A stretch of 64,000 nucleotides of DNA, taken from an uncultured Verrucomicrobiae bacterium (GTDB taxonomy: Bacteria; Verrucomicrobiota; Verrucomicrobiia; Chthoniobacterales; JAFAMB01). Position 1 is the stretch's first letter; every line of letters starts with the position of its first letter. The notes beneath the pieces were generated by a model. It did no database searches. It saw only the letters and a list, made by a program, of their open reading frames with translations, and was not told the DNA's origin. The stretch lies in contig CAVXLD010000008.1 in NCBI GenBank assembly GCA_963762565.1, forward strand, positions 1 to 64,000, read 5' to 3'. Position numbers and translations under genes: made by a program. Shown in pieces: positions 41,055 through 55,100 of the stretch.

Positions 41055-44000
41055 GTGACTCGTTCTGATCCCCTCCAGCAATCATTAAAGCGGCTCTCGA
41101 ATCGTTTATTAGAACTCGGTGCGTGGCGTGACCGAGATTGGACCCTGATCCCTAACGGTGAATTTCGGGTTCGACCGGACGCGACTTGGCAACCGATTCG
41201 AGTCGGCGATCCTTGGCCGATCCAGGACGCTCCCATCGAATTCCGATTCAATGTTGTGATCCCCAAGAATTGGGTTGGATCGCCGGTTCATTGCCGTTTC
41301 CGTTTGGGTGGTGAAGCGCTTCTGTTTCTCAACGAACAACCATTAGCGGGACTAAATACGTTTCATGAAGAGCATCCCGTGTTGATAGAAGCCAGCGGGG
41401 GAGAAACCTTGCGATTCAGCGCTCACGCTGTTTCGCACGGCTTGTTTGGAACGCCGGAGAGCCGGCCCTGCTTGGATCTGGCGGCAATCGTTGTTCCGGA
41501 AACCGATGTTCGTTCGCTTTATGACGATCTTGCAACTGTACTGGACGCGGCGCGTTATCACTATCTCAAAGGCCGGTACTCGCTGGTCGAATTGTTGGCG
41601 GATCTCGTCCATCGCGCGTTTGTCAGAATTTCACTTCCTAGAAACGATACCGAAAGCTATCTCGCCCGCTTGGCTGCAATTTCGCAGAGCCGTTCGGCCG
41701 AGAACTTTTACGGGAACGAAGAGAGTTTGGCTTCACTTTGGGAACGATGGAAGTTTCCTTCAAACCCGTCTCCCTTAGCCGCGGAACATCTGCAGCGAGC
41801 GCGCGACATCAGAGAACAGTTTCGCAACGATCTGGCCGAGGCTCGGAGCCGCTTCCCGGCCGAGGGAAATATTTGGCTCACTGGACACGCGCACATCGAT
41901 CTGGCCTGGCTTTGGCCGCTGGAAGAGACGCGGAGAAAGGCGCGGCGCACTTTCTACACAGTGACCGGTTTGATGGACCGGTATCCCGATTTTCATTTCA
42001 ACCAGTCCAGCGCTCAGGTCTATTCTTGGATCGAACAAGATGATCCTGCCCTTTTCGAGAAGATCCGGACACAGGTGCAGGCTGGCCGTTGGGAACCCAT
42101 CGGCGGGATGTGGGTTGAACCGGATGGCAATCTATTGTCCGGCGAGTCGTGGGTCCGCCAACTTTTGTTAGGACAACGCTATTTTGAGAGCAGATTCGGC
42201 CGCCGGGTTAAAGTCGCTTGGCTGCCGGATTCGTTTGGGTTTAACGGCAGCTTACCTCAGCTTCTGGTCTCGGCTGGGATTCCTTTCTTTTTTACTCATA
42301 AGCTGAGCTGGAGCGAACGAAATCCGTTTCCTTACAACCTCTATTGGTGGGAAGGGATCGATGGGACGCGAGTGCTTGCTCACAGCTTCACAAACCCGGA
42401 GAGCGGCTACAACGCGCGTCTGACCGCGCCGGAGCTCGGTGAAACCTGGCAAAATTTTCTAGGAAAACGGCTGCATGACACCACGCTTCTATCTTTTGGA
42501 TACGGTGATGGAGGCGGCGGCCCAAGCGAAGAAATGCTGGAGCGTTACTCGCGCTTGCGAGCATGCCCAGGCCTGCCGGATCTCAAGATGGGTTTAGTGT
42601 CCGACTTCTACGAAGAGATCCCGACCGTTCCCGGCGCTGACGGCGTGCCCGAGTAGCCTCCGGCTTGGAGAAGTCTCAGGAGCCTAAGCGACAGGACGAA
42701 GTGGGGAGTATAAACGACGGGGCGATGTCGGGCGTTCCTACGTGGGTGGGCGAGCAATACCTTGAGTATCATCGAGCCACATTTACCACGCAGGCAAAGG
42801 TTAAATGGTTAAATCGCCAATTGGAACACGCATTGGTTGAAGCGGAGACGGCGGCCACATTGAGCTTTATTTGGGACCGGCAAAAATATCCGGCCGAACA
42901 GCTGAATTCGCTTTGGCAAACCCTCCTGCTTCATCAGTTTCATGACATCCTTCCGGGCTCAAGCATCCACTCTGTCTATGAAGCCGCGCATCAAACCCTA
43001 GCTGCGGCGTTGGAGTTGACCACCAAGTTACGGGAAACGGCCTTAGGGTCGTCTGAACCAGCGGATTCGTCGGAATACGTCATTTGGAACTCGCAACTTT
43101 ACGACAAGCCACTCGTCGTTGAAGTGCTTGGAGCGAGCCGCAAAGAAGCTTCGATGTTGAGCATTCAAGGGCGCCCGTTGTTAAGTCAACGATTGGATAC
43201 CGGAGCTCTTTTGCTGGCTGACTTTAGCGAAACCGTTCCCGCAATGAGCTCGGTAAGGATGAACTCATCCGCCGCAGTGGAACACCACCAGGAATCAAAC
43301 GGCACGGACTTGATCGCCGAACGCCAAACGCCGAACACCGAACGCCAAACGGGGGCGACTTCGCGCCAAATCGAGAACCAGAACTTAAGAATTACGGTCA
43401 ACGGCGACGGTACTCTGGAATCGATCTACGATAAGACTTTCGGTCGTGAGGTGTTGGCTGGTCGCGGTAATCAACTCTGGTTGTTCACTGATGTTCCGCG
43501 GCAATTTGATGCTTGGGATATCGATTCAACATATAGCGAAGAGGGAACCGAACTGGCGGCTACTGCCGATCCGGAATTGGTTGAACAGGGTCCAATCCGG
43601 GCTGGCTTGAGAGTCGTGCGTCGCTATGAAAATATTGAGATTACTCAGGATTACCGTCTAACCGCGCATTCTCGACGGCTTGAGATTGCAACTAAAGTTA
43701 AATGGCATGGCCGGCGCCGGCTGTTGCGCGCCATTTTTCCGTTCGCTATTCACACGCACGAAGTCTGGTCGGAAACAGCTTTTGGAGCTGTCGCCCGGCC
43801 GAATCATCGAAATACTCCGTGGGACCAGGCGCGTTTCGAAATCCCGGTGCATCGCTGGGCCGATCTCAGTGAACCTGGCTACGGGGTTAGTCTACTTAAT
43901 AACGCGAAATATGGTTACAGCGCGCATAGTAATCTGCTGGGGATCAGCCTGCTCCGGGCCCCGATTTATCCAGATCCTTATGCGGATGAGGGAGACCACG

Positions 44001-44392
44001 AGTTCCTATACGCGGTTTTTCCGCACCCTGGCGATTGGCGAAACGGTACCGTTCGAGAAGCGGAAGACATGCATTCTCCGCTCAGGCTTATGCCAACTCA
44101 AAGATCCGACGGTTGGCCATCGCTCTTCCGATTTTCGGAAGAATCACTCCGACTAGCGTCCCTAAAGAAAGCTGAGGATTCTGACGCGATAATTCTGCGA
44201 CTTTACGAGCCGCAGGGCTCCCGAGGAAAAGCCGCCATCGAGACCGCGCTCCCGCTGCAAAAAGCAGTTTTCGTCAATATCCTGGAGGATGAGAACCAGG
44301 AATTAACCATCGAAGACGAACGCCGAATCACCTTCGAGTTCAAGCCGTTCCAGGTAATTTCCTTAAAGCTAATCTTTAAAAGGATGAGCTAG
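41055..44392 (+). CDS. Alpha-mannosidase GH38, split by a 1-bp frameshift near 42653
   Basis: GHAHIDLAWLWP, GGMWVEPD, WLPDSFG, FGYGDGGGGP, YLEYHR, HQFHDILPGSSI, ISLLRAP, RLYE; start codon approximate. Confidence 0.92.
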
Positions 44393-44410
44393 GAGTGGCT
44401 TGTTGGCGTT

Positions 44411-44625
44411 TTGGTGGGGCGAGGCTCCTGAATGGCCCGACCATCTAAACGAAGCAGCTGATAATCACCCGGATATCAGTGCGGTTAGGCCGTTAATCGC
44501 GCCGAGCCGCGGTCTATCGCTGGGCCGCGGCTCGGCGCGTTGTTTGGCCTAACCGTGCTGTTGGCCTGGTGAATATCAGCTGCTTCGCTATAGCGCTCAG
44601 TCTTTCGGGAGCCTCGCCCCACCAA
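44411..44625. repeat. REP-like family C (GGTGGGGCGAGGCTCC ... GGAGCCTCGCCCCACC)
   Basis: Copies at 45510-45797 and 55170-55451; single arm at ~30088. Confidence 0.85.
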
Positions 44626-44668
44626 AGTTTCCCTCCTAGCTCCTAGATTCTAGCTCCTAGCTCCTGCT

Positions 44669-45442
44669 TTACGAGTGTGCATCCACAAACTTACTCAATG
44701 CTTCCCGCGTTCCAGCGGTGGGGACTACCTTAGCGAATGCTTCTGCCTCGATGGCTAACCCTTCATCGATCGTCGTGTTTAAGCCCCGGTGTACCGCGTG
44801 GAGGCAGACCGCGACGGCCTCGGGGGTAAAGCTGGCTACTTTGAGTCCGAGGCCGATCGCTTCATCCAGAAGCGTTTCCTTATCAACGATCGCGTTGATC
44901 AAGCCGGCTTCTTTCGCCTCGATCGCGGTAATCGGTTCGCCAGTGAGGATCATTCTCAGCGCACGTTTCCGGCCAATCAATCTCGGTAGCCGCTGAGTTC
45001 CTCCGAAGCAGGGAGGTATTCCAATGGCGATTTCAGCCTTGGAAAACTTAGCTTCAGGTACAGCAATCGATAGATGCGTCGCTTCCACGATTTCGCATCC
45101 GCCACCGTAGGCGAGGCCGTTTACGGCCGCGATGATCGGCTTCGAGAAATTCTCGATTCGCTTTGTCATGTTCTGCCCTCGCCGGACAAATCGACGATGA
45201 ACGATTTGTGGACCCAGCTTCACATCTTGGGAAAACTCATGGATGTCCGCTCCTGCGCTAAAAGCGCGACCGGAACCGGTCATAACCACGGCCCGAATCT
45301 TGTCTTCTTCTTCGACCTCATCCAATGCCTGAACGATCGCATCGACCAATTCATAGTTGAGCGCATTGAGCTTGGCCGGACGTTCAAACGTAAGAATGGC
45401 TACGGATTCACGATCGCTGCGGGAAAGGACGCTAGTATTCAT
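44669..45442 (-). CDS. Enoyl-CoA hydratase/isomerase (crotonase) family
   Basis: RPAKLNAL, FSAGADI, AAVNGLAYGGGCE, GGTQRLPRLIG. Confidence 0.92.
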   Translation of the reverse strand: MNTSVLSRSDRESVAILTFERPAKLNALNYELVDAIVQALDEVEEEDKIRAVVMTGSGRAFSAGADIHEFSQDVKLGPQIVHRRFVRRGQNMTKRIENFSKPIIAAVNGLAYGGGCEIVEATHLSIAVPEAKFSKAEIAIGIPPCFGGTQRLPRLIGRKRALRMILTGEPITAIEAKEAGLINAIVDKETLLDEAIGLGLKVASFTPEAVAVCLHAVHRGLNTTIDEGLAIEAEAFAKVVPTAGTREALSKFVDAHS

Positions 45443-45916
45443 GACGAGGTACAGATACAGGAGCTAGGAGCCACAATCTAGGAGCGAGGAGGAGAGGCGT
45501 GTCGGCGTTGGTGGGGCGAGGCCCCCGAATGGCCAAATAGCGTCCGCGGAGAAGCTGCGTTTCTGTGGCATGACCGCGACCGAGGTCTGTGCGCGCGCCG
45601 AGCCGGTCCCAGCGTTTGCCAGCATCGAGTATATGCTTTTCGCTGCCGCGACGCTTCCAGGGGCCGGCGCTAGTACCCGAGCCTGGCAGTCGCTGGGCCG
45701 CGGCTCGGCGAACAACTTGGCGTAGATGATCAAACCCGACGGGAAACCTTGACTCCTTCGCGAAAGCCTTCCGGCCGTTCGGGAGCCTCGCCCCACCACA
45801 TGCCCACGCCTCTCCTCCTCGCTCCTAGATTCTAGCTCCTAGCTCCTAAATCAGGGTGACAACCCGCCCCGCGCCCAGTTATTCTGGCTGCCATTTCAGC
45901 GCGCGCTTAACAGGGT

Positions 45917-46740
45917 ATGGACATATTGCGGCCGCCGCCAGATCAACAGGATGACGAAGCACCGCCACCGCCAAGGAACCGGTTCTTACGGTTCGTCTTT
46001 GCCGTTTTGTTCTTAGTGATCGGCATGGTGATTTTCTTTGTCGGCGGCCTAATTGTGCGAAACCCGGAGCTGCCAAACTATCTGCTTGATCAGATCGTCA
46101 GGCGTTTTCAGGGCGAAACGAGAGGCAGCGCTACTACCGGGAAAGCCTATGTCAGCTCTGCGAGAACCACAAGCCGCCTCCTCCGCCTACGACAGCGGAA
46201 CAGTATCTGAACCTGATGAGCTATGATGAGAATAGTCTTTCGCCCGATGAACGGGCCATCGCATCGGTATTGAATCAGACCGTAAACGGACTAGTCGGAA
46301 TACGATCCCCGCGACTAGCCCGGTTATTCAACGACCAAATATTGGCCGGGCTGAAAAATCTTAAGCCAGGTGGCGATGATACCAAGATTCGAGCGCGATA
46401 GCGGAATTCCGTGAGACCGCAAACGCGGAGATCAAATTCTACCAGGAGCTTCCGGAACAACTTGCCGCCAAGCTGACGGCCGCTGGCATCCCGGGCTCTC
46501 TAGCCCAACAAACTTCCGAAATCTTTGCCCAGCGGGTGGGCGCTCGGCAAAACATCTCCTGGGCTGCAAGCGTGAATTTGCTTTGTAACAACGTAATCAC
46601 AATGGTGGATCTCCTTTCGAAGAGCTCCACAAAATGGAAGCGAAACTGCAACGGCGGCGTACAATTCACCAGTCAGGCGCCTTTAACAATACAATGTTAC
46701 CGCGATAGAGATGAATTCGGCGGTAAAAGCCCTCAACGGC
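45917..46740 (+). CDS. Hypothetical single-pass membrane protein, fragmented by indels
   Basis: TM FVFAVLFLVIGMVIFFVGGLIV, then consecutive same-strand fragments (46216-46401; the frame of 46536 extended upstream); 3' end uncertain. Confidence 0.5.
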
Positions 46741-46767
46741 GGCTGACACGCCCTCGCCGATACTCCG

Positions 46768-47367
46768 TCACACCTCCTGGTTCGTCACAAACTCTCGTAT
46801 CTTCCCCAGGATCCGCTCCTCAACCTGATCCTGTGTCTCACCAGCCGCCTTGAGCTGGGTTTTCGAAACAATCAAGGAATGGTCTCCGCCTTCGACCACG
46901 TAAAGTTCGTTTGCTGCTTTCATCTTTCCGCGAACAGCTTCCAATAGATCAAGCGGACAGAGCGAGTCTCGGGTTCCTTGTACGAATAAAATAGGCCGCG
47001 ATGATTCCAGAAGCACTGCATCCCGCATCTTTCCCGGATTGCCCGCGCCGCAGAGTGGATAGCCAAGACAAACTACTGCCGAAACGTTTTCTTCCAACGC
47101 CAGATGGCAGCCAATTCGACCTCCCATACTTTTCCCGATCAAGATCGCTGGTCCGGCGTGCGCTTTCCTGGCCTCGATAAGCGCCTCGCGATGCGCGGCA
47201 ATCAGCACGGGCAGGGGATCCGGCCGTTTCCGATGTTCCCGCATGTAAGGATAATCAAACAGAGAAACCGATCCAATCGTCGCTAATCTCTTTGCCCAGC
47301 GTTGCATCCATGGATGCGCCGAAGGTGCACCGGCTCCATGAGCGAAGAGGAAAATTGGCGTTCTCAT
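46768..47367 (-). CDS. Alpha/beta hydrolase (Abhydrolase_11/KANSL3-like)
   Basis: AHGAGAP, GKSMGGR nucleophile, QGTRD, GGDHS. Confidence 0.9.
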   Translation of the reverse strand: MRTPIFLFAHGAGAPSAHPWMQRWAKRLATIGSVSLFDYPYMREHRKRPDPLPVLIAAHREALIEARKAHAGPAILIGKSMGGRIGCHLALEENVSAVVCLGYPLCGAGNPGKMRDAVLLESSRPILFVQGTRDSLCPLDLLEAVRGKMKAANELYVVEGGDHSLIVSKTQLKAAGETQDQVEERILGKIREFVTNQEV

Positions 47368-47651
47368 GCCGACAAGGGAAGGTATTTGGATTGCGCGAAC
47401 GAAATCCAGGAAATCAAAACCCAACCGCAGATGGACGCAGATTTACGCAGATAGACTTGGGCTTCGACTAGTATCCATTCGCAAACACGATTGTAGATTT
47501 CTAGATTAGCAGTCCAGTTCTTTTCCAATGAAATCCAGGTGCAGCCTCGCAAGTCGAAGATCAAGATCAGTGAAGATGCCTGAGTTGACCGAAGGAACGC
47601 TACTTATCTGCGTAAATCTGCGTCCATCTGCGGTTGGGTTTCCGGTTTGTT

Positions 47652-48449
47652 CTACTTCGCGTTCATTCTTTCCCGGTGCACCGCAATTGGCGATTCTGGC
47701 TCAATCGGTCTTAACCAGGGATGAGTTGGAGCGCGTGAAGGCGCCGGCTCCAAATTCCAGGTATGCGCAATATCTCGCATAATCAAAGCATGATCGAATT
47801 CGATGCTTCCTGCTGGGAAATGTTCTTTGTCATCAAAAAAGCTGCTGGAAATGCGGCTAACACGGAACGGCCGAATTTTCCATTCTTTCGCTTCAAGAGC
47901 GATTCCTTCCAGGCTCTGCGAATCCTCACTTAGCGAAGATCCTGCATCGACGCACCGAAAGAAATCTTCTTGTAGACTCTTAAAGCAAGAGGATGACGGC
48001 AGTTGAAGGGCATCATCGCCGGAAAAAGTTACCTGCGTGGTCCTATCCAGAGATCGACAGGCGAATTCGACATGACCTACCGATTCCTCGACCGCGAATC
48101 GCGCTTGGTGATATTTCCCGGCGAAAAGCTTTCCTCGTAGGATCGTGCTTAGCCAAAGATCCGTATCTCGCCGAGCTACGAAGATACCTTGGCGAACTCG
48201 ACCCGTAGAATCAATCCATTCAGAGACGATCCGATGTACCGCGTTTTCGCTACTGACGCCTGACCACGCCGGGAGGCCACGAAGCCGGAGCGACTCCAAG
48301 CCGACTAAGCTAACGCCGACGATCGCATACCCGTGATACAGTTTCGGATTAAACGATGCCGGTAGTAGCCGCTTAACTACCTTCGGATCCGCTCGGTAGT
48401 TCAGCACCAATCGGCGCTTGATGACACCGCAAAAGATCGGGGTCCTCAT
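47652..48449 (-). CDS. DUF2071-family protein
   Basis: GVIKRRLVLNYRADP, SENAVHRI, FDHALIMRDIAHTW. Confidence 0.75.
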   Translation of the reverse strand: MRTPIFCGVIKRRLVLNYRADPKVVKRLLPASFNPKLYHGYAIVGVSLVGLESLRLRGLPAWSGVSSENAVHRIVSEWIDSTGRVRQGIFVARRDTDLWLSTILRGKLFAGKYHQARFAVEESVGHVEFACRSLDRTTQVTFSGDDALQLPSSSCFKSLQEDFFRCVDAGSSLSEDSQSLEGIALEAKEWKIRPFRVSRISSSFFDDKEHFPAGSIEFDHALIMRDIAHTWNLEPAPSRAPTHPWLRPIEPESPIAVHRERMNAK

Positions 48450-48957
48450 ACCATATTGTTACTGAAAACCGGGTTCGGTCTTTACGCAAGCGGGAGGGCG
48501 AAGCCCCTAAATCGTTCTCGTCCTCGTCGTCGTCCTCGTCCTCGAAAAGATTTGGTTTCCGTGGGGTGGCTTCGATTTTGCGGACAGGCGTCAGGGAGGT
48601 TTTTTGTCCGGAAGGGACTACGGGACTCAGCCTGGGGTTTTAACCCCAGGAATACGTTCAAAGACGCTCCGCCCTGAAGGGGCGGCAGATAGTTGGGACC
48701 GGCGGCTCGTCTGGTTTAGCGTTTTACCTATCTGAGGAAGTGATTCTACCGCCCCTTATTTTATCGACACCTGGGGTTAAAACCCCAGGCTAAGTCCTAT
48801 AGTCCCTTTGGGACAAAGAGCTGAGAGCTGTCCACAGAATCGATGCCACATCAAGAAACGCCATCGAGGACGAGGACGACGACGAGGACGAGGACGATCG
48901 GGACCGCTCCTAGAGCGTCAAGGTTGCTCGATCACGATTCCGGCTAATCTTAGCCCC

Positions 48958-49374
48958 GTGAACCCGCAAACCCACAAGGCATTAGCCTACGGTACGTTTC
49001 GTCTCGCTCTTGGAATCGTTGAATTGATGCACTGCTTAGTCCGGCTCCCGACCCTTGCCGGTTTTGCCGCTAACATGACGAAGCAGTTCGAGGGGACCAT
49101 CTTGCCCGGCTGGTTTGTTTATGGGTTCGGTTCCGTGCTGCCGTTCCTCGAAGGTTTGATCGGACTAGCCCTGATTTTGGGAATGTTTACGCCCTGGGCC
49201 CTGACAGCCGCTTCTCTCCTGATGTCGATTCTGATCTTCGGGACCTCCTTGCGCTCCGACTGGGCCATCGTCGGGCTCCAAATGACTTATGTTCTGGCGT
49301 TCTTCATCGCGTTATTTCTACACGAGCATAACCGCTACTCTGTTGACCACCTCTTGCGTCGGGAGAAAGCGTAA
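48958..49374 (+). CDS. DoxX-family membrane protein
   Basis: RLALGIVELMH, LPFLEGLIG, YSVD; four hydrophobic segments. Confidence 0.8.
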   Translation: MNPQTHKALAYGTFRLALGIVELMHCLVRLPTLAGFAANMTKQFEGTILPGWFVYGFGSVLPFLEGLIGLALILGMFTPWALTAASLLMSILIFGTSLRSDWAIVGLQMTYVLAFFIALFLHEHNRYSVDHLLRREKA

Positions 49375-49555
49375 CGGCGTATGGGCGAATGGGCGATACG
49401 GCGAAAGGGTGATTTGAGGCGCGAAGCGCTGACTAGGCTTTAATCTAGTCAGCGCTTCGCGCCTCAAGACGCCCATTCGCCGAACGCCGAACGCCGTGGC
49501 CGGCTGGAAAAGAATCGCCTACGGATTGGCGTCCGCGATAGAGTCGCGGCTTACG

Positions 49556-51841
49556 ATGCCGCAGGTTTTCATTAGCCACTCCAGTCAGGACCGGAGCGCC
49601 GCCGAGGAGATTTGCCGGTACTTGGAAGCCGCGGCTATTGCATGCTGGATAGCGCCGCGCAATATCAGGCCTGGCTCGGAGTGGACCCAAGGAATCATGG
49701 ACGGGCTGCAAGCGTGCCCGATCTTTGTCCTGGTGTTCACCACGGCGGCCAACCAATCCAAGCATGTCCGGCGCGAAGTGGGTAGAGCGTTTGAGCTTGG
49801 GCACGAAGTTATTCCGGTGCGGACCGAGGCGGTGGTGCCTTCGACTGAGCTGAGCTACTTCCTTAACAGCGTGCAATGGTTCGAAGCGATCCGGCCACCG
49901 TTAGAGGCGCACCTGGAGGCGCTGCGCCGACAGATCGAGTTTCTCTTACAACGTGGTATTCAACCCTCGATTGAAACGCCCCTCGCTCCGAGGCGCACCG
50001 GGCCGCCGCCTGTCGCGATTGATCGCCCTAAGTCGAAACCCTGGTTGTTGCCTCTGATCGCAGCGCTCAGTCTCGCCCTGCTCCTGGGACTGGGAACCGC
50101 TGCCTGGTTACTACTTAAACCGGCTAAAACCATTGAGGCTACTCCCGCTGCACTCGATCCTAAGGGCATCGCAGTCTTACCCTTCGAGAATTTGAGCACG
50201 GCGAAGGACGATGGCTATTTTGCGGACGGGGTTCAGGAAGAGATCCTCAATGATCTGGCTAAGCTTGACCAGCTGCGGGTTATCAGCCGCTCGTCGGTGA
50301 TGCGCTACCGGGCCGCGGACAGCCGTGATTTGCATCAGATTGCGATTATCTTGGGCGTTTCCAAATTCCTAGAGGGCACGGTGCAGAGAGAAGGTAACCG
50401 GGTCCGGATAAGCACCGAGTTGGTCGACGCGCTGACCAACCAAACGCTTTGGGCGGACAGGTTTGATCGCGATCTAACTGACATTTTTTCGATCCAGAGT
50501 GAAGTGGCTCAGACCGTGGCCGGCAAGCTGCAAGCACAGCTGACCGGCGAACAGAAAAAGGAGATCGATCAAAAACCGACTGAAAACTTGGCGGCTTACG
50601 ACCTGTATCTGCAAGGCAAAGCGTTGGTCTACAGCGGGTTCATTTCGCCGAGCGACGATAGTGCGCAAAGTCAGACGCGAGCAGGGATCGCTAAACTCGA
50701 ACAAGCGATCGGGTTAGATTCACAGTTTGTATTGGCCTACTGCGCTCTAGTCCGAGCGCACGACCTTTTGTACTATCGATACGATCCGAACCCAAATGAG
50801 CGGGCTGCGGGGGATAAGGCTATTGAACAAGCGCGCCGGCTTGGGCCCAATCTCGCCGAAGTGCATCTGGCCTATGCGGAACATCTTTACTACTGCTACC
50901 GAGACTACGAACGGCTCCGGCCCGAACTAGAACTAGCCAAGCAGGGACTCCCGAATAGCGATGAACTCCTCAGCTTGGAAGCCTACATCGCGCGCCGGCA
51001 AAGTCGGTTTGGCGAAGCCATCGAGCGATTTACTGCGGCCTTGCAAGTTGATCCCACTTCGCTCGAACTGATCCAGCAATTGGCTTTTTTGCAGGAAGGT
51101 TTGCGCCATTGGCCGGAAGCGGAACGTCTGTGGGACCGAGCGATCGAAGCGGCCCCCGACCATCCGCAGCAAAGAGAACTAAAAGCCCTTTTCGTTTTCA
51201 GAAAGACCGGGAACTTGACGGAATGGAAATCCTTCTTGAGAACCCTGGCGCCCGGGTCCGAAGGCTACCGCAATTATCTGACGTACAGAATTCGCGTCGC
51301 TATTTAAGACGAGCGCGATTGGTCCAGCGCCCGGGCTTACACCCTGGAAATGGGCGATGCGGACTCCGTTGGCGGCCTTGGTGCTGTGCCTGCCCCGGTG
51401 CCGGCCAAGCTGTTTTTGATTAGGATCGCCAGTCTGGCCGGGGGCAACCTGGAGACTGACGAGTTCCGCCGCCTGCGCGAAAGCTTTGCTCAGCGGGTTG
51501 CGGCCTCCTCCGACGATCCCGTGCTCCTCTCCCAGTTGTCCCTTCTAGACGTTCTGCTTGGACACAAGGCGCAAGCGATAGCGGAGGCAGAGAAAGCAGC
51601 TCAACTGCTGCCGCTGACCAAGGATCCCATCGACGGGGTAGATCTGCAGGTCGACTTAGCCGCGGTGTTAGCGCGGTCAGGAGAGCTCGATCGCGCTTTC
51701 CAACTGCTCGAGCGAGTCACTGACGGGGCCTATTTTATTAGCCCTTCCTACGGCAACTTTCTTGTCGATCCGCTCTGGGACCCGTTGCGGAATGATCCAC
51801 GCTACGCGACGATCCTGGCGAAGCTGAAACCCAAAGAGTAG
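49556..51841 (+). CDS. TIR domain - TM - TolB-like/FlgO domain - TPR protein; frameshift near 51303
   Basis: VFISHSSQD...CWIAPRNI...SKHVRREV (TIR); TM WLLPLIAALSLALLLGLGTAAWLLL; IAVLPFENLS...YFADGVQEEI; AYDLYLQG; C-terminal DPLWDPLRNDPRY. Confidence 0.88.
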
Positions 51842-51954
51842 GAGTTCAGTAGTTCAGGAGGATTCCAGGAGTACGAAGAGCGAACAAGTAGTGCCCAGTC
51901 GGCTGGAAAAGAGTCGCCTCCGGATCGGCGTTGGCGATAGAGTCGCAGCTTACA

Positions 51955-53956
<2,002 letters not shown>

Positions 53957-54227
53957 GCAGTAAGCGAGTAAGCAGAAGATTTTAGCAGCTAGGAGCCGCC
54001 GTCGGCGTAGAGGTACCGGACCGATAGGTCCTATCGAAGGTGAGGAGGGGCTATCGGGCCGTATTTTTTGATGTTTACTGGGCTGGGTGTGTCACCACCA
54101 AACATTCTGCTAACCGCTTACTGTTTCACCACTCTACGATGACGCCCGCGCACGGCTCGGCGCGCGAATTGGCGTGGCGAACGACAAAGGCTCGATCAGT
54201 AGCTGATGAGCCTTTACGGAGTGGTTT

Positions 54228-55100
54228 TCAGTTGGGCGCGATTGCCCGCCGCCCTACACAAACGCTCCGGTGTTCCCGACCCCAAGTCTCGAACGTCTGT
54301 CCCGGCCGTCCGGTCAGTCTTTCCACCTCTTTGGTTTGAAAGGCGGCACTCTGCGCGCGTACCTGTCTCCAAAGCTGGGCCAAACTTTCCACTAAGACTT
54401 CAGGAACTCCACTTGCGATGGCTCGCTCGGATGCCACCTCGACCGGGATATCGACACATTCAATCGGTTTACCGATGATTTTGCTGAGGATCTGCACTTG
54501 ATCCGGCGTACTCAATACTTCTGGGCCGGTTAAATCGTAGGCATTTCCTTCGTGTCCGGAAGAGGTCAGCGCAATTGCTGCTACCGCCGCGATGTCGTAC
54601 GGAGAAATCGGCGCAGTCTTTCCGTCTCCCATCGGGTTGAATACCTTAGATTGCGATTTGATGGTACCGGCCCATTGAAAGGTGTTGGACATAAATCCGC
54701 CGGGCCGAAGAAAGGTCCAAGGTAAACCAGTATTTTCGACTAATTGTTCCTTCTCTCGGTGTAATCGACCGATTGCATTACCCTCCATCCGAACCGCTCC
54801 ACTGGAGATCATTACCATTTGCCGAACGCCGGCTGGTTTCGCTTGTTCGATGAGAAGGCGATCTGCTCCGTGGTCCTTGTCGAACAGGACGGGAAGAATG
54901 AATACTTGATCGGCGCCCTGCAATGCTTTGCTGACCACCGCTGGATCCTGGCGATCCCCAATCACTCGTTCAATACCAGGGTCGAGATGGGAAACCCTTT
55001 TTTCGTCACGAGTGATGACGCGGACGGGGATTTTCTTCAGCAAAAGTAGTTTAACCAGTTCAGAGCCAATATTGCCGGTAGCACCAGTAACGAGAATCAT
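54228..55100 (-). CDS. NmrA-like / atypical SDR NAD(P)H-dependent oxidoreductase
   Basis: ILVTGATGNIG, WTFLRPGGFMSN, DIAAVA, YDLTGPE, VERLTGRP. Confidence 0.9.
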   Translation of the reverse strand: MILVTGATGNIGSELVKLLLLKKIPVRVITRDEKRVSHLDPGIERVIGDRQDPAVVSKALQGADQVFILPVLFDKDHGADRLLIEQAKPAGVRQMVMISSGAVRMEGNAIGRLHREKEQLVENTGLPWTFLRPGGFMSNTFQWAGTIKSQSKVFNPMGDGKTAPISPYDIAAVAAIALTSSGHEGNAYDLTGPEVLSTPDQVQILSKIIGKPIECVDIPVEVASERAIASGVPEVLVESLAQLWRQVRAQSAAFQTKEVERLTGRPGQTFETWGREHRSVCVGRRAIAPN

